Assembly (NCBI RefSeq): GCF_018350175.1
Contig: NC_058368.1
Location: 82,214,001-82,278,000 of the forward strand
Source of the DNA: Felis catus
Lineage: Eukaryota
DNA length: 64,000 nt
Direction of reading: 5' to 3'
Both the position numbers and the translations under genes were made by a program. A model generated the notes under the pieces. It was not told the origin of the DNA and ran no database searches. It was given only the letters and a program-made list of their open reading frames with translations. Positions 60,365 through 64,000 of this stretch are shown here, piece by piece. Every line of letters starts with the position of its first letter. Position 1 is the first letter of the stretch.

Positions 60365-63300
60365 CTTCTCAAGCAGCCATGTCAGTGTTTACCTGGAGGC
60401 GGTCAGTCTTCATGAGTCACCTCCTCCACAGGAAGCCCCCAAACCACAGAAGATTCTCTGACAGCTTATCTGAGATACTAGTTCCGAGGCAGGGATAAAG
60501 TGGCCTAAGGAGCGACCTGAAAGCACGTGACCTCGGAAGGGGGTCCTTGAGCCAAATCTGCAGTGTGTGTGGCTACAGTGCAAACCTGTCAAGACGTTAT
60601 GCAGGGGCCTGTGTTGCCCAGTGGCTTCCGCAAGTTTAGGAAAACTGAGGACCGTGCAGCGTGGCCCTGTCCAGACCGAGTCCAGACCCAGTCCAGATCG
60701 GTTGGGGATGGGGCCCAACGGCTAGTGTCTCTAACAAGCTGTCAGGTCATGTAGCAGCTGCTGCTGGTCCGGGAGCATGCGTGAGAGACAGCAGTCCAGC
60801 CCACGGTGCCCTCGCTGGGCCTTGGCTCACTGCACGTGTAACCCCAGATGGCGAAGATAGAAGTCTCTGAGCCAGGAACAGAGTTGGGAACAGCTATTGC
60901 TGCTGTACTGGGCTCCAAGGACCACTGAACAGCATCTCCAAAAGAGACCTCTGGTGGAGAAGGCAGCCCCCGGGGCAGATTGCAGCCACGGGGGTGTGCA
61001 CACCCAGCCAAGAAGGTGCTGTCGTGGGACCTTTGGTTCCATTTTATACATGTGTGTCATGCGTGTGTTGGCCAGAGAGTTTGAAGCTACTGGTGTAAGG
61101 AAGAGGGTTCAGGAGGGCAGAAAGTGGGTGCTTCCTGGGGCAGGGGGTGGCCATGGGGCCCCGGGAGCAGCTGGGGGAGCTCAGGAGACCCTGGCTTCCA
61201 GCACCTTCTGCCCCAACTGGACACCAGGTGGTCACCATGGTGACTGTCCAGAGCAGAGAGGGAGGCTGGGTGCTTTTCAGGGAGTGCCCGCATGTCCCGT
61301 CTGGACTAGGGTGCCAGGGCGCAATCTGCACACTGGGGGAAACACCAGGTGTCAATGCGAAGCCATGGAACTGGAGTCTGTTTTGAGTAGCCAGGTTACT
61401 TCATGATTTATGAATAAAATAAAGTGAGATCTGGAGAAGTAACCCAAGAACTTAGCGTCCTACACTGGGGAGGTGCGGTGGGCATGGGGAGAGAAGAGAG
61501 CGTTTATGAACAAAGGGCTGCCCTACTTGAAAATGAGAAGTGTTTGAAAGGGGGGCGGTCACTTCAAGCAATGCGCAGAGACCTGGCGTGCCCGTGGGAG
61601 TGTCCCGTGGGAGGCGCTTCTACTGCCGTGCGCTGCTAGCCCAAACCCGCTTTCAGGGTGCCAGAGTTGCCTCAGCATGTCTCCCTCACATGGGGAGCTG
61701 GACAGTGTTTTGAGATGTGTTTCCTCACCTAGATTCCTTTCCTTCCCTCGAAATGGACTCCAGCGTCTCAGGATGGATCACAGTAGCCCGGAGGACAGAA
61801 TCGGCCTGCGCGTCTTTCTGACATTGTACAAAAGCCAGGGCCCTTATGAGAATTATTTTTGCCACGAAGGGAAAAGGAAGGCAAATTTGCAAAATGAGGC
61901 AGAAGTGAGAGAGCAGGCGAGAAGGAGGCAGCTGGTGGGCCGGGGGACAGTGCGTGGCACCCTCACAAAGGACCCCACGTCCCCGTGGAGTAATGACTCG
62001 GGACACTGGCCGTGACCTGCACACCAGGCGGAGAGGAGAAAACCCCAGGAAAAAGAACACTCCCAGGAGTCTGGTGGATGGAAACGGCCTGAAGATAGGC
62101 CCGCTGCAGGCAATGGACGCCCGGTCTCAGCCCCCGGCCCGTGGGCCAGGGTTCCTGCCATTCTCAGGGACCACGGGGTGCTGCCTGGAGAGCAGGGCGG
62201 TGCAGGCACTCCCTTCCCGGGGCCAGGCTCGCCTCCGAGTTCTTTTGGTAATTGCCATTTTCCCGCCAAACCTTTACCTGAAATGTGAAAACTAGACATG
62301 CGTCGTAGAGAAAGGAATACGCGATGTCAACGGACAAAGATAGACACAACCTGGTAGGATCAGAGTGGGGCGCAATCAGAAATGACAGTTGAGTGACAGT
62401 TGGCAAGATGTCGGGCCTCACTCATGGTTTGAGGTGGTGAAGCCTGAGCCGGCCAGCTCTCACGTTGCTCTAACGTTGCTGTGCCTTCAGTGAGGCCACG
62501 CGCCCTCCATCAGCGAAGCTGGGACCCTGTCAGCCTTGGCACCAGCACTGGGAGCCAGAGCGAGGCCGCGGGGGGAGTGGGCTGGGCACGCTCCGCTGGG
62601 GTCGTCACCTCCATCTGTGCCGCAGACTTAGTCCTGACCGCGCTCTGCATTGCCACCCGACCCCACAGACCTCCAGAAGTTTCCTGCCGCAGCACCACAA
62701 GAGCGAAATTTCATGGCTGCACGAAGGAGAGTGGACGACGCCCTTTTTCAGATTTCCAAGTCCACACGTCTTCCACAGTCTTTTCCAGAATCTGAAGAAA
62801 TGAGAGGGCCATCCGTGCGAGCTGACATTCTACCTCCTCTCACAAAAGGAAAGCAGCGGGTGTGTGGAACATGAGTGTCTCTTCGGGTTTTGATCTCACA
62901 CGCTCCCATGACGTTTTGTGGGACCACAAACAACTCCGTGGCATTGCCATGCGTCTTGAGTGGCAGGCACCGAAAACCCACAGCTCCACTTCTTCTCCCG
63001 GGTATCTTTGACCCACTTAGCAGTTCCAAACTACCTGCATTTGCCATTTATGGCAGAGTCTAATTTCACGTCGCTTAATGCTGGTGGTTTTTGATTGTCT
63101 TCTGTACATATTCTGGTCCGACCCCCACAGCTGGACCAAATCCCCAAGAATTGAAACCCCCAGAGGGGGAGACAAGGCTGAGGGTGCCGCTCTTTGCCAG
63201 GCCACTGAGGTGACCGAATATGCCTGTCCCTGTCCTAGGTTGAGGAATAGCATGGCAACTTCATTAGGCCCGGACCCCCGCTTCTCCCATCTGGTCGGCT

Positions 63301-64000
63301 CCAGCCTCGGCGCACTGCTCGGTGAACCTGCTGGGCTTGGCCCACGTCAGCTCGGCTCATGCCCAGAGGCTACATGCTGTGTCCGTTCCTGCCCCTGTCC
63401 TGCCACACCCTCCCATTGCAACAGGGGTTTTAAAAAATATAAGCCATTTAACCTAAAGGCACTGCCAGTGGCCACAGAAGGGACCCTGGCAGCAGCCACA
63501 CGCGTGGTGACACAGGAGAGAACACTTGTGCCCACACTCGTGCCAAGGAATAAATACGTGAGCACCTCCTCTTCCAGGAGGACCTCCACCAGCAGGTAGT
63601 GGGGGCGGGAAAGAGAAAGCCGCCACTGTTGGACACTAAACCAGAGGGGATAGTGTGAGCACATGACAGCATAGCCAACCCTGAGTCATCTGGCCAGACA
63701 GACTCCCGTGTGGGGGAGAAATGTTTTCACCTTGCTGAGGGAGCCCACGCAGCAAGTGTCCTGTGCAGTCCGGCACCAACCATACTCAGGAGGCTGGTGG
63801 GCATTCCAGCTCCTGGGTACCGGTGGGCTTGCAGCCCTAATGTCGCCTCCTCCGTGCTGCTCATCCACATCTTCCGATTTACTTAAAGTCAGCAAACTCT
63901 TTCTCTTGCATGGGACAGTCTGTGTGGACGTGCAGACCAACTGCTAGGGCACAGCCTGAGAACGGCCCTCTGTAGAGAAGTGTGCACGCCAGAGAGCATT

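Noticed and set aside
57000..64000. Expected neighbour TFDP1 or another gene
   Set aside because: No CpG-island promoter or recognisable coding exon seen; probably lies beyond the window.

Overview
Mammalian genomic DNA, almost certainly from a cat-family (felid) genome, judged by the feliform-type Can-SINEs and a cat-type L1 3' end. The window holds one complete protein-coding gene, TMCO3, on the + strand. It has a putative non-coding exon 1 in a CpG island (~5.4-6.8 kb) and 12 coding exons from 15028 to 56133. All junctions are GT-AG and the exons join in frame to a 677-aa protein: signal peptide, coiled coil and CPA2/KefC-like cation/H+ antiporter domain. The same CpG island probably drives DCUN1D2 on the - strand; only an ATG|GT first-exon end is visible, and the identity rests on known synteny. 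Introns are rich in Can-SINEs, L1, L2/MIR, an MLT LTR and a Tigger2/MER8-type MITE. I found no evidence for a new gene family or a prokaryote-type system. The most interesting items are cis-architecture: (1) a ~60-bp tandem array of ZNF143/THAP11-like motifs in the bidirectional promoter; (2) a short uORF plus an overlapping uORF at the TMCO3 start; (3) a solo L1 5' end with a target-site duplication but no poly(A); (4) a triplicated splice acceptor/exon start at the last exon; (5) a UGCAUG-rich intronic repeat; and (6) a 12-bp-period CAGGTG array downstream. Repeat family names and ortholog comparisons are from recall, not database searches, and repeat boundaries without TSDs are approximate.
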